The translations under genes were made by a program, and so were the position numbers. The notes under the pieces are model-generated. The model saw only the letters and a list, made by a program, of their open reading frames with translations. It did not search any database and was not told where the DNA came from. This document shows, piece by piece, positions 33,783-46,833 of a DNA stretch of 64,000 nucleotides (position 1 is its first letter; each line of letters begins with the position of its first letter). Location of the stretch: contig CM075987.1 of NCBI GenBank assembly GCA_038087875.1, forward strand, positions 26,972,001 to 27,036,000, written 5' to 3'. This stretch comes from Malacoraja senta (lineage: Eukaryota).

Positions 33783-34312
33783 TGTATGCGTGTGTGTGTA
33801 TATTTGTGTGTGTGTGAGAGTGTGTATATGTGCACATGTGAGTGTGTGTGTGTATATGTGTGTGTGTATATGTGAGAGTGTGTGTATATGTGTGTGAGTT
33901 TGTATATGTGAGTGTGTGTGTGTGTATATGTGTGTAAAAGTGAGTGTGCGCGTGTATTTGAGTGTTTGTGTGTGTGTGTGTGTATATGTGAGTGTGTATA
34001 TGTGTGAGTGTGTGTATATGTGAGTGTGTGTGTATATGTGATTGTGTGTGTATATGTGTGAGTGTGTGTGTATCTGAGTGTGTGTGTATGTGTGTGTTTG
34101 TTTGTGTGTGTGAGTGTGTGTGTATGTGTATATGTAAGTGTGTGTATATGTGTGAGTGTGTGTTTATATGTGAGTGTGTATGCGTGTGTATGTATGTATG
34201 TGTGTGTATATATGTGAGTGTGTATGTATATATGTATGTATGTATATGTGTGCACAATTGTATGATGTACAAATGTATGTGTACATATGTGTGTTTATAT
34301 ATTTGTGTGTAT
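33783..34312. repeat. Compound (TG)n/(TA)n microsatellite
   Basis: Degenerate TG/TA/GA dinucleotide array. Confidence 0.95.
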
Positions 34313-35481
34313 AAGTATACAAAGAAAGACAAATAAATATACAATAATAGCAGTCAAAAACAATGCCCCCAAGTCTCTCTGGTCTATTTGGAGGTTGTCG
34401 TGTTTAACAGCCTGTTGGTTGTAGGGAAGAAGCTGTTCCTGTACCTGGATGTTACAGTTTTCAGGCTCCTGTAATTTAGTTAGCATGACTATGAAATACT
34501 AAAGTATGGTGCTTGAATATGGGCAAAGTGTTTAGTTTAATTTAGTTTAGTTTAGAAGGTACAGCACGGAAACAGGCCCTTCAGCCCACCGAGCCATGCT
34601 GACCAGCGATCATCCATCCAAACTAAACTCAACTAAACTAACTAACCTTAGTGTGAATGTGTGATCGCTGGTCGGCATGGACTCGATGGGCCGAAGGGCC
34701 CGTTTCCATGCTGTATCTGTGAACTAAACTAACCCACGCCTCATAGTTTTTGGCAGGGGCTGTGACATTTGCCGTGTCCCTATCAAGATATAAACTATCG
34801 CAGCCAGCAGAAGTTTAATAGAATTAGCACGGCTTCCCCATTTATTAGTTCACCCACTTGATTTCGCTCGCACGTTACGGTATTAAGGAGATGGGGAGGG
34901 AATAATTTGATTGAACACCAGGATCAGCTCTCAGCAGGGCATGAAGTGAAATCCAGAGGAACAAATGACCCTCTTGTGGCAGAGAGTTAATAAAGAAAGT
35001 TCAGCTAATGTGCCAATTTCTCCCCGTGATCTGCAAACGAGTGACACTAATGGTTTCCGCAGTTCGATTCTGTCGCGATTAATTCAACATTTCAACCGAA
35101 AATTCAAGTGATTCATGTCGGACTAATTGCCTGCTATTTATTACGGAGACACCAGGCTGCTCGTGACTCAACCATTGCGGCTTGATAGTCATCTCGAATC
35201 TGTAGCCTGCATACATAACGGATCCATTACCCCACTCACTTCATTAGGTTGCATTGTAGATCAGAACGCACGCACCTTTCTCTCCCAAGATTCCCTCCCC
35301 TCCACTGCACGGGATCTTGCTCTCAAATCACCGTCCATTCCTAAGATCATCCGCTCTAAGATCTTTGGTGCAATCTGCCCGTTCCTTGTGGAAGTTGTCA
35401 AAGAGCATCGTTGGGCGAGGAAGATCAGAATGGTGGATCGCAGTCCTTTAGACTTGTATCTTCCCTGCAAATACATTTAGA

Positions 35482-35762
35482 GGGTGGCACAGTAGAGTTG
35501 CTGCCTCACGGCGCCAGAGACCCGGGTTCGATCCTGACTACAGGTGCTGTCTGTACGGAGTTTGTACATTCTCCCTGTGACTGGCGTGGGTTTCTCCAAG
35601 GTCTTCGGTTTCCTCCCACACCCCAAAGACGTGCAGGTTTCCAGATTAATTGGCTTGGTATAAATGTAAATTGTCCTTTGTGTGTGTAGGATAGTGTTAA
35701 TGTGCAGACTCGATGGGCCGAAGGGCCTGTATCCGCGCTGTATCTCTAAATTAAACTAAACT
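35482..35762 (+). mobile_element. V-SINE (HE1-like)
   Basis: Head, V-domain, tail. Confidence 0.8.
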
Positions 35763-35980
35763 AGAGTGCATAGCTTTAAGGTGAGAAGGGAAAGTTTAAA
35801 TGGTAGATGCGATGTTACTACTTTACACAGAGCGGTGGGGGCCAGCAACACTGCCTCGTCTGGGTTAGTCCAACTTTTTGTGTCTCTTTTCAATCTGTTA
35901 TCTACCACTTGTCCTGTCCCTGCCCTCTTCCAGCTTCCTTCTCCCCCCTCTACAATCAGTCTGAAGAAGGGTCTCCACCC

Positions 35981-36245
35981 AAAACGTCACCTATCCATGT
36001 TCTCCAGAGATGCTGCCTGACCCGCTGAGTTACTCCAGCACTTTGTGAAACGTCACCTATCCATGTTCTCCACAGATGCTGCCTGACCCGCTGAGTTACT
36101 CCAGCACTGTGTGAAACGTCACCTATCCATGTTCTCCACAGATGCTGCCTGACCCGCTGAGTTACTCCAGCACTCTGTGAAACGTCACCTATCCATGTTC
36201 TCCAGAGAGGCTGCCTGACCCGCTGAGTTACTCCAGCACTCTGTG
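35981..36245 (+). repeat. 66-bp tandem repeat x4 from the Penelope terminal repeat
   Basis: GAAACGTCACCTATCCATGTTCTCCA..CAGCACTxTGT; CGTC at 35985, 36051, 36117, 36183. Confidence 0.9.
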
Positions 36246-36437
36246 TCCTTTTGAGAGAAAGCAGACTCCTCTTGCTTCCTTTAGTTGTTACTGCAAATTA
36301 AGTTCATGTGATAGGAGCAGAATTAGGCCATTCGGCCCATCAAGTCTACTCCGCCATTCATTCGTGGCTGATCTATCTTTCCCTCTCAACCCCATTCTCC
36401 TGACTTCTCCCCATGACCCCTGACACCCGTACTAATC

Positions 36438-36766
36438 GGGCGGCCCTGGTGGCGTAGCGGTAGAGTTGCTGCTTTACAGCGCTTTCAGCGCCTGAGACCC
36501 GGGTTCGATCCTGACTACGGGCGCTTGTCTGTCCGGAGTTTGTACGTTCTCCCCGTGACCTGCGTGGGTTTTCTCTGAGATCTTCGGTTTCCTCCCACAC
36601 TCCAAAGACGTACAGGTTTCCAGGTTAATTGGCTTGGTATAAATGTAAATTGTCCCCAGTTTGTGTAGGATAATGTTAATGTGCGGGGATTGCTGGTCGG
36701 CACGGACTCGGTGGGCCGAAGGGCCTGTTTCCGTGCTGTATCTCTAAACCAAACTAAACCAAACTA
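36438..36766 (+). mobile_element. V-SINE (HE1-like)
   Basis: Full-length copy. Confidence 0.85.
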
Positions 36767-37347
36767 ATCAAATTGACAAACCAGATGAGTCTGAAGAAGG
36801 GTCTCGACCCGAAACCTCACCTATTCCTTCTCTCCAGAGACGCTGCCTGTCCCGCTGAGTTACTCCAGCGTTTTGTGTCTATCTCGGGTAATATTCTGTT
36901 TGTGGGCAACATATTTCTTCCCTGCTGTTCTGCGGGTTTCTCAACCCTGTTTGAGTTTCAATCAGCAGTGCTCTGTAGTGTTGTGATTCTGCTTCTCCTA
37001 ATCTATCTGCCAACTTCAAAGGAAATGGTATCAATAGGTCCGCGAGGCAAATTAGATATTGTTGATGTGTGTCAGGAGAGCAGGGATGGAGGGAAGCGCG
37101 CGCGGAGCAGACTGGTACACTTGGCTGGGATCGTGGGGAAACAGATGGCTTCATTGGACCTAATGGTCGTTTACTGAAATTACAATTTCCTGTGAATTTA
37201 ATTGTGCGTCACCAATTATATTTTGAGTTTGCCTCTCGGGCAAACGTAGCTCACTCCCAACAACAGCATCGGCCTCGTCCCTGTTAGCGGGACGTTACAA
37301 GGTGCGAGTGTCTGGCGTTGTCCCGACGTACCAGTCCCCTTCACCGG

Positions 37348-38062
37348 GGTGGCACGGAGAGGCAGCGGTAGAGTTGCTGCCTCACAGCACCAGAATCCCG
37401 GGTTCGATCCCGACTATGGGTGCTTGTCTGTACGGAGTTTGTACCTTCTCCCCGTGACTATTGCACTATGTTTGTTATTTATTATTGGTTAAATGGAGCA
37501 CTTTCATTCCCTTCGGCTTGCATTGGTTCCTGGATCATTTAAATGGAGGACTGGCCAAATGTTGTGCCTTCCACTACAGTGATGAATGCGGTGGTGGGTG
37601 TTTGTGTTACATTTTGAGTGTGTTTTTGTGTGTTCTTTCTCATTGTACCGCTGCTGGCAAATTCATTTCACTTCCACTTTATGTGCAAGTGACGAATAAA
37701 ACTGATTGTATTGTATTGTTATTTATGCAACTTTTTCTTTTTTTTCTCTTCCCCCGTCATGTACAATGTTTACATATTCACATCTTCTGTTGTGCTGCAG
37801 CAAGTAACAATTCCATTGTCCCATCCGGGACATATGACAATAAAACACTCTTGACTCTTGACCTGCGTGGGTTTTCTCCGAGATCTTCGCTTTTCTCCCG
37901 CACTCCAAAGACGTACAGGTTTGTAGGTTAATTGGCTTGGTGTGTGTGTAAATTGTCCCGAGAGTGTGTAGGATGGTGTTAATGTGCGGGGATCGCTGGT
38001 CGGTGCGGTCTCAGTGGGCCGAAGGGCCTGTTTCCGCGCTGTATCTCTAAACTAAACTAAAC
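37348..38062 (+). mobile_element. V-SINE split by Rex1-type tail insertions (~37459-37860)
   Basis: SINE breaks at CCCCGTGAC and resumes at TGACCTGCGTGGG. Confidence 0.8.
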
Positions 38063-38277
38063 ACCGATGGGAAATGATCCAGGAACCAACGCAAGCTGAA
38101 GGGAATGAAAGTGCTCTGTGATAATCGGAAGCTCTCAGCGATTGTTGATGGGAGCGAGGGGGTTACGTTGAACAAATCTGTATTTTTATAAATCTGAAAC
38201 GCTTTCATCGTGTCTCACGCCTACTCTTCTTATCCCTGGCCTTTGTTCCAACCATGTGCCTATCAAAAGGGTGTGAG

Positions 38278-38698
38278 CTATAGAGAGAGGTTGAGCATTC
38301 CTTGGAACCCAGCAGGATGAGGGCTGATCTTATAGAGGAGTATAAAATCATGAGAGGAATAGATCGGGTAGATGCACAGAGTCTCTTGCCCAGAGTAGGG
38401 GTCGAGGACCAGAGGACATAGGTTCAAGTTGAGGGGGAAATAATTTAATAGGAATCTGAGGGGTAACTTTTTCACACAAAGGGTGGTGGGTGTATGGAAC
38501 AAGCTGCCAGAGGAGGTAGTTGAGGCTGGGACTATCCCAACGTTTAAGAAACAGTTAGACAGGTACATGGATATGACAGGTTTGGAGGGATATGGGCCAA
38601 ACGCAAGCAGGTGGGACTAGTGTAGATGGGACATGTGGCCAGTGTGGGCCGAAGTTGGGCCGAAGGGCCTGTTTGCACGCTTTATCACTATATGACTC
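38278..38698 (+). mobile_element. CR1 3' fragment
   Basis: Same subfamily as 2785-3195. Confidence 0.85.
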
Positions 38699-41286
38699 TA
38701 AACCTCTGTCGACCAAGAAGGGCTTACTCACGCAAGTCATGGGGAGAACGTAAAACTCCGTACAGACAGCGCCCGTAGTCAGGATGGAACCCAGGTCTCT
38801 GGTCTCTGGCGCGGCGAGGCAGCAACTCTACCGCTGCGCCGCCCTGAGGCGGTGGGATGAGAGCGAGGAGCCGGAGAGCGGTGGGATTAACTGAAGAATG
38901 GTTTGTGACACCTCCGACTGACATAACACAGAACCACTGGGGCACTTCACAGAGAGCTGCAAAGGTTACGTGAATCGGGTCAATGCAACGTCTTAACCTA
39001 ATACATTACACTGGATTCTAATGTTGCATTAATGACATTTATGTCACCTCAAGGGACTGTTTATCATATCAAAGCTGTTCCAAATTGAACGAGATTAAGG
39101 TCACAGCGAGGCCACAGTGTTGATTGATTCCACACTACTTTCCCTGAATATGCTTTAATCAACAGACTGAAAACGATTAACCTGCTCACTTTTTTTCTCT
39201 CAGATGTTTCTGCCCGTACAAATGTAGTTAAATCCGTCTCCTTCTGTGCAACATTGACGAATAGTCCATGGTCATCGCAGCACAGTTTGGGAACAGCTCC
39301 ATCCAAGACCGCAAGAAATTGCAGAGAATTGCGGACGCAGCCCAGACCATCACACAAACCAACCTCCCTTCCATTGACTCCATCTACATCTCACGCTGCC
39401 TCGGCAAGGCCAGCGGCATAATAGAAAACATGGAAAAATAGATGCAGGAGTAGGCCATTCGGCCCTTCGAGCCAGCACTTGCCATTCAATATGATCATGG
39501 CTGATCATCTAAAATCAGTACCCCGTTCCTGCTTTCTCCCCATATCCCTTGATTCCGTTAGCCCTAAGAGCTAAATCTAACTCTCTCTTGAATACATCCA
39601 GTGAATTGGCCTCCACTGCCTTCTGTGGCAGAGAATTCCACACATTCACAACTCTTTAGGTGTAGAAGTTTTTCCTCATCACAGTCCTAAATGGCCTGCC
39701 CCTTATTCTTAAACTGTGACCCCTGGTTCTGGAATCACCAGCGTAATCAAGGACGAGTCGCACCCTGGCCACTCCCTCTTCTCCCCTCTCCCATCGGGCA
39801 AACAGTGCAGAAGTGTGAAAACGCACACCTCCAGATTCAGGGACAGTTTCTTCCCAGCTGTTATCAGGCAACAGAACCATCCTACCACAACCAGAGTGCA
39901 GTGCTGAACTACTATCAACCTCATTGGAGACCCTCGGACTGTCCTCGATCAGACTTTGCTGGCTTTACCTTGCACTAAACGTTATCATGTATCTGTACAC
40001 TGTGAATGGTTCGATTGCAATCATCTATTGTCTTTCCGCTGGCTGGTTAGCACGCAACAAAAGCTGTTCACTGTACCTCGGTACACGTGACAATAACGTA
40101 AATAAAACTGAGGCTCTGAGCTATAAGGAGAAGTTGAGTCGGCTGGGACTCTATTCCTTGGAGTGCAGGAGGATGAGGGATGGTAGACAATAGACAATAG
40201 GTGCAGGAGCAGGCCATTCCGCCTTTCGAGCCAGCACCGCCATTCAATGTGATCATGGCTGATCATCCCCAATCAGTACCCCGTTCCTGCCTTCTCCCCA
40301 TATCCCCCAACTCCGCTATTTTTAAGAGCCATATCTAGCTCATATTAAGGTGTACAAAATCATAAAAGGAATAGATCGGGTAGACCCAGAGTAGGGGAAT
40401 CAAGACCTAGGTTTGTGAGGGGAGGAAGATTTAATAGGATCGTATTAGGTTATGGGGAGAAGGCAGGAGAATGGGTTTAGAAGGGAGAGATAGGTAGATC
40501 AACCTTGATTGGATGGCAGAGTAGACTTGATGGGCCAAATGGCCTAATTCTGCTCCTATTCCTTATGGCCTTATGATCTTGAAGGTAGAGAAATCAATAT
40601 TCATACCTCTGGGTAACTATTGTTGTGGTCTTTGCTTTGCAGTGGGTTTTCGATTCAAACAAATTTAACAATCATCCTTGGCTGCATGACATCTCCATCA
40701 AAATGGAGATAATTGGATAGTTTCTCCAATCAATCTTGTGTGGGGACCACGCTCTGGCATGTTGCTTATTTTACAGTCATAATTTGAAGAGTGTAATTAG
40801 GCTGCATTCATTCCATTCACCAGGGGCCATCATCTTGTTGTACTCCAGGGTCCTTTTGCTACATGTACATTCAGAGTGCTGCTTGTTGATGAGTTTCCTG
40901 AGACTCTGTTTACCGAGTAAATAGACTTTTGCTAATGCTTACGAGTAAATTAACATAATTGCCAATTCTGCCTTGGTCACCAACTTTAAATGTACATTAT
41001 GTGAAGTTATCGAGTAAAGTTGAGTTTAGTTTAGAGATGCAACGTTTCCTATCCATGTTCTCCAGAGTTAGACAATAGACAATAGACAATAGGTGCAGGA
41101 GTAGGCCATTCGGCCCTTCGAGCCAGCACCGCCCTTCAATGTGATCATGGCTGATCATCCCCAATCAGTACCCCGTTCCTGCCTTCTCCCCATATCCCCT
41201 GACTCCGCTATTTTTAAGAGCTCTATCTAGCTCTCTCTTGAAAGCATGCCTGACCCGCTGAGTTACTCCAGAATATTGAGTCTCTG

Positions 41287-41770
41287 GAGAGGGTCCAGAG
41301 GAGATTTACAAGAATGATCCGAGGAATAAGTGGGTTAACCTATGATGAGCGTTTGTCGGCAGTGGGCCTGTACTCGCTGGAGTTTAGAAGAATGAGGGGG
41401 GGACCTCATCGAAACTTACAGAATTAAGATAGGCTTGGATAGAGTGGATGTGGAGAGGATGTTTCCACTAGTGGGAGAGTCTAGGACTAGAGGTCAGTAT
41501 TGAAGAACGTTCCTTTAGGAAGGAGATGAGGAGGAATTTTAGTCAGAGGGTGGCGAATCTGTGGAATTCATTGCCACAGAAGGCTGTGGAGGCCAAGTCA
41601 TGGATATTATTAAGGCAGAGATAGATAGATTCTTGATTAGTACGGGTGTCTGGGGTTATGCGTAGAAGGCAGGAGAATGGGGTCAGGAGGGAGAGATAGA
41701 TCAGCCATGATTGAATGGCAGAGTGGACTGGATGGGCTGAATGGCCTCATTCTGCTCCGATCACATATGA
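41287..41770 (+). mobile_element. CR1 3' fragment
   Basis: LERVQRR..YDERLSAVGLYSLEFRRMRG.. plus tail. Confidence 0.85.
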
Positions 41771-42484
41771 CGTTATGGATCCCAGAATGTTTCTGTAAAT
41801 TATCACTTGTCCCAAAAGGAATTCTTTAGGATGGAGTGAATGCAGTGTTTATATTTCTTCCATGAGATGGAACATATGTTGATTATTTTGCCTGCAATGT
41901 GATCATTTCTTGAATTGCCATATTTATTATAATATTATATTGCCATATTTATTTCTAACCCTGGGTAAGAATGGCGTGACGGGTAAAATAATTAATAATT
42001 AAACTAATTAATGAAAATAGCAGAGCTTTAGAAAATAATTTTCAAGTCAACATTTCAGAACATTCCCATTCAAGTGTAATGCAGCAAATCTTAACATCCC
42101 TTATGTGGAAATAGACAGCACCAACTCAGAATTAATTTGAGTAAACTACGAAACTACCTCGGTGAAAGCTGTGAATGCTGCAGCAGTCGCTGCAGACAAT
42201 ATTCTCCAGAACAGACTATTAAAACAATTGTAATGGTAGCATATGTAATGTGATGATTTCTGCTTGCTCAAATGTAGGCGTTTGAAAATTGAGTTGTCCC
42301 CAGGGTACAGGAGCCTGAAAACTGTAACGTCCAAGTTCAGGAACAGCTTCTTCCTCATTAGCCATTAGGTTATTAAACACTGCAACCTCCAAATAAGCTT
42401 AGAACTACATAGACTATTATTGCACTTTTATTGTTTGTTTTTTATGTATATGTATGAGTGTGTATATATATATACATATTTGGT

Positions 42485-42700
42485 CACAAAATGCTGGAGT
42501 AACTCAGCGGGTGAGGCAACATCTCTGGAGAGAAGGAATAGGCGACGTTTCGGGTCGAGACCCTTCTTCAGTCTGAAGAAGGGTCTTGACCCAACAAGTC
42601 GCCCATCCCTTCTCTCCAGAAATGCTGCCTCACCCGCTGAGTTACTCCAGCATTTTGTGTCTACCTTCGACTTGAACCAGCATCTGCAGTTCTTTCTTAC
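42485..42700. mobile_element. Penelope terminal-repeat fold-back
   Basis: ~87-bp inverted arms centred on 42572 (CTTCTTCAG-T-CTGAAGAAG). Confidence 0.75.
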
Positions 42701-42804
42701 GCATATATATATATATATATATGTGTGTGTGTACGTGTGTGTGTGTGTGTGTGTTTGTGTGTCTGTGTATATGTATGTGTTAGGACATACAGCAGACATT
42801 GAAG

Positions 42805-43125
42805 CACTGTAAGGCAGTAGTAGAGTTGCTGCCTTACAGCGCTCACAGCGCCAGAGACCCGGGTTCGATCCTGACTACTGGTATGGTCCATACGGAGTTT
42901 GTACGTTCTTCCCGTGACCCATGTGGGTTTTCTCTGGGAGCTCCGGTTTCCTCCCACATTCCAAAGACGTACAGGTTTGTTGGTTAATTGGCTTGGTATA
43001 AATGTAAAATTGTCCCTAGTGTGTGTAGGATAGTGTTAGTGTGCGGGGATCGCTGGTTGGTGCAGACTCAGTGGGCCGAAGGGCCTGTTTTCACCCTGTA
43101 TCTCTAATCTGAACTAAAAACTGAA
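42805..43125 (+). mobile_element. V-SINE (HE1-like)
   Basis: Head, V-domain, tail. Confidence 0.8.
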
Positions 43126-43323
43126 CCTGACTCCACTTAGCCGTCTTGTTGAGCCTCATTGTCAGCTACTCATTCTCACCTAGCCCACAGCCAACAATGG
43201 CCTGTTTATCATCGTGACTTTTTTTGCATATCTTTCATTCATTGGTTCTATATCTTTCTCCATGGCCGTCTATATCCCTCGTTTCCCTCTCCCCTGACTC
43301 TCAGTCTGAGGAACGGTCTCGAC

Positions 43324-43662
43324 AGGAAATATTTCCCCAATGTTGGGCGAGTCCAGAACCAGGGGGCCACAGTCTTAGAATAAAGGGGAGGCCATTTAAG
43401 ACTGACGTGAGAAAAAACGTTTTCACCCAGTGAGCTGTGAATTTGTGGAATTCCCTGCCACAGAGGGCAGCGGAGGCCAAAGCACTGGATGGATTTAAGA
43501 GAGAGTTAGATAGAGCTCTAGGGGCTAGTGGAATCAAGGGATATGGGGAGAAGGCAGGCACGGGTTATTGATTGGGGACGATCAGCCATGATCACAATGA
43601 ATGGTGGTGCTGGCTCGAAGGGCCGAATGGCCTCCTCCTGCACCTATTTTCTATGTTTCTAT
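43324..43662 (+). mobile_element. CR1 3' fragment inserted in a Penelope terminal repeat
   Basis: GHSLRIKGRPFKTDVRKNVFTQ, (TTTCTATG)n tail; host repeat resumes at GACCCGAAACGTC. Confidence 0.85.
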
Positions 43663-44104
43663 GACCCGAAACGTCGCCCATTCCTTTTCTCCAGAGATGC
43701 TGCCTGAGTTACTCCAGCATTTTGTGTCTATCTTCGGTGTAAACCAGCATCTGCAGTTCCTTCCTGCACATGACTCCACTCTGATATGTTTGGGTAGTAA
43801 AACTGCTGAACTTGTTGATCAAACCATACTCTCTCACCATTTCTATCTATTATACCAAGGGCAACTCATCTCATGCTGTTTGTAAGAATGTGCTGGATTT
43901 GCATATTAAATGCCATTAGACTCACAGCAGAAAGTCAGGCCTGGAATATAAATCGCCGTTTACCAGCATAAGCAGAAAACAAACAGCTAAACACAGTTCT
44001 GATATTATTTTGAGTTTTGAATTGCAGTTTGATATATTTTAAAATCAAGCAAAACAGAAGACGTCCTCTCCCTTTCTCTCTCGTGAATCAATCTTTCCTT
44101 CCTT

Positions 44105-44470
44105 CTGAAGACAGACACAAAATGCTGGAGTAACTCAGCGGGGCAGGCAGCGTCTCTGGAGAGAAGGAATGGGTGACGTTTCTTGTCGAGACTCGTCTTC
44201 AGACTGAGAGTCAGGGGGGGGGGGGAAAGGTGAGATAGGAAGAGGTACAAAGAACAATTGAATGAACGGTAGGCAAAAGGGACACATCAAAGCCAGCAAC
44301 AATGATCAAGGAAAGATGGAGCCCACAATGGTCCATTGTTGGCTGTGGAGAAGGTGATAACGAGTGGATACCAACAGTGAAACTAGCACGACGTCTAGGG
44401 TGGGGGAGAGATGGAGCAAGAGGGAATGGAAGGGTTACTTGAAGCTAGAGAAATCAATATTCATGCTGCT
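44105..44470 (-). mobile_element. Penelope-like 3' UTR/terminal repeat fragment
   Basis: Reverse complement of the sequence following the GIY-YIG end (GMNIDFS..). Confidence 0.7.
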
Positions 44471-45733
44471 GCTTATTCCTTCTGCTTATTTCTTATTTTG
44501 TAACTGTTTTGATTGAAATTCGCCTGACCACCCCATCATTACACTATTACTTTCTCAGCCTTCACTTGAGGAGATGCACTGTAAGAACTGATACCCATCA
44601 GGGTTCCCGATCAATTTCCTTCGAACACAATGATCAATTCAGACTTCAACTGAGTTATGGCACAAAAATATATTGAGCTGAAAGATGCAGGAAAGTCTTA
44701 AATGCTTTAGTTTCAGTTTAGTTTGAGTCTAGTTTATTGTCGAGGTACAGTGAAAAGCTATCGTTGCGTGCTAACCAGTCAGAGGAAAAATAATACATGA
44801 TTACAATCGAGCCGTTCATAGTGTACATGATAAGGGAATAATGTCAATACCATTCACTGCAAGATAAATTCCAGTAAATTCCCATCAAGGGTAGTCCGAG
44901 GGTCACCAAAGAGGTGGATAGTAGTTCAGGACTGCTCTCTAGTTGTGGTAGGATGATTCAGTTGCCTGATAACAGCTGGGAAGAAACAGTCCCTGAATCT
45001 GGAGGTGTGCGTTTTCACACTTCTGTACCTTTTGCCAGATGGGAGAGGGGAGAAGAGGGAGTGGCCGGGGTGAGACTGGTCCTTGATTATGCTGCTGGCC
45101 TTGCCGAGGCAGCGTGAGATGTAGATGGAGTCAGTGCAAGGGAGATTGGTTCATGCGTCAGAAGGAACTGCAGAGAAGATAGACACTAAAAGCTGGAGTA
45201 ACTCATCTGGACAGGCAGCATCTCTGGAGAGAAGGAATGGGTGACGTTTCAGGTGGAGACCCTTCTTCCTTGTGTGATGGTCTGGGTTGTGTCCACAACT
45301 CTCTGCAATTTCTTGCTGCGATCTACTGCACTGGACAAGATGCAGCTTTCGCATACTCTATCTCACAATATTGGAGAACAATAACCCAATCCATTGAACC
45401 TTAGCTTCTTTCTAATCTGTGTAAATGGTATTTTCCTGCCAGGTCAAGTAAACTAAAGCATTTCTCCATTCTCCTCACTCCCTCCCATATTAGACATGAA
45501 CATAATTAACGATCAACATTATTTCTATTTATGCCTCACAGCGCCAGTGACCCGGGTTCGATCCTGACTACGGGTGCTGTCTGTACGGAGTTTGTGCGGT
45601 ACATTCTCCCTGTGACTGCGTGGGTTTTCCCCGGGTGCTCCAGTTTCCTCCCACACTCCAAAGACGTACAGGTTTGTAGGTTAATTGGCTTGTTATAATT
45701 GTAAATTGTCCCTAGTGTGTGTAGGGTAGTGTT

Positions 45734-46054
45734 AAGCCCCTGTCCCACTTGGGAAACCTGAACCGTGCGATTCCCGGAGGTTTTTGTCAGTCTCCCTAAT
45801 GGTCGAAAGTGGTTTCCGCTTCTTCTATGTTCCGGCGATTATTTCAAAAAATTCAAAACCGGCCGCGACTAAAAATAGGTTGCCGTTTTAAAAATCGGTA
45901 ATTTTTTAGTCGAAGCCGGTTGCGATGCTAGTTGAAAGTGGTTGCCGGAGGTTGCAGGTAGTGGAACGTAAGACATTTTTTGCACCCAGTTTTATTCCAC
46001 CAGGGAGGTCTTACCTTCCACTACCTGCAACCTCCGGCAACCACCTTCAACTAG
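45734..46054. mobile_element. Harbinger-type MITE (one terminus) with internal 47-bp inverted repeat
   Basis: TTA-AGCCCCTGTCCCACTT end; arms 45928-45974 and 46008-46054. Confidence 0.6.
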
Positions 46055-46404
46055 TCTAAACTTGTATCCTGTATGAACTCTAAAGGTATGTACTGCTAAG
46101 CCACGCACTTTTTTATAGGTGACTTTGACTCATGCAGAGCATAGATGAATCATCACACTTCGTACAAAATGTTCGCCCTGAACTTGCAAACACAAAAAAA
46201 ATTGAAAAATCAAATTAGCACTTGGCCATGTGGACTTAAGTGTGAAGCATGACCTGTCACTGTGTTGGTCACTATTCACACAGGTACAAAGCTGATATCG
46301 GGTCAAGGCATGTACAGGAACTTTAAGAGGTTAATCACGATAATGTGAAAGACAAATTTGTTGCTAGGTTTTCCGAAAAAAACTGAAAAGCTACAAAATT
46401 AAGA

Positions 46405-46833
46405 TATAGTGAGAGGTTGAGCAGGCTGGGACTTTATTCCTTGGAGCGCAGGAGGATGAGGGGTGATCTTATAGCTCTGGATAAATTCATGAGAGGAATA
46501 GATCGGGTAGATGCACAAAGTCTCTTGCCCCAACGTAGGCGAATCAAGAAACAGAGGGCAAAGGTTTAAGGTGAGGGGGGGATAGATTTAGTAGGAATTA
46601 ACATTTTCACACAAAGGGTGGTGGGTGTATGGAACAAGCTGCCAGAGGAGGTAGTTGAGGCAGGGATCTATCACAACGTTCAAGAAACAGTTAGACAGGA
46701 ACATGGATAGGATGGGTTTGGAGGGATATGGGCCAAAACGCAAGCAGGTGGGACTAGTGTAGATGGGACATGTTGTTCGGTGTGGGCAAGTTGGGCTGAA
46801 GGGCCTGTTTCAATGCTGTATCACTCTATGACT
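46405..46833 (+). mobile_element. CR1 3' fragment
   Basis: ERLSRLGLYSLERRRMRGDL.. plus tail. Confidence 0.85.

Noticed and set aside
35127..35480. 117-aa ORF and a minus-strand splice-acceptor-like site as a host exon
   Set aside because: No recognisable domain, includes a CCGCTCTAAGATCTTTG transposon-end remnant, no convincing donor.
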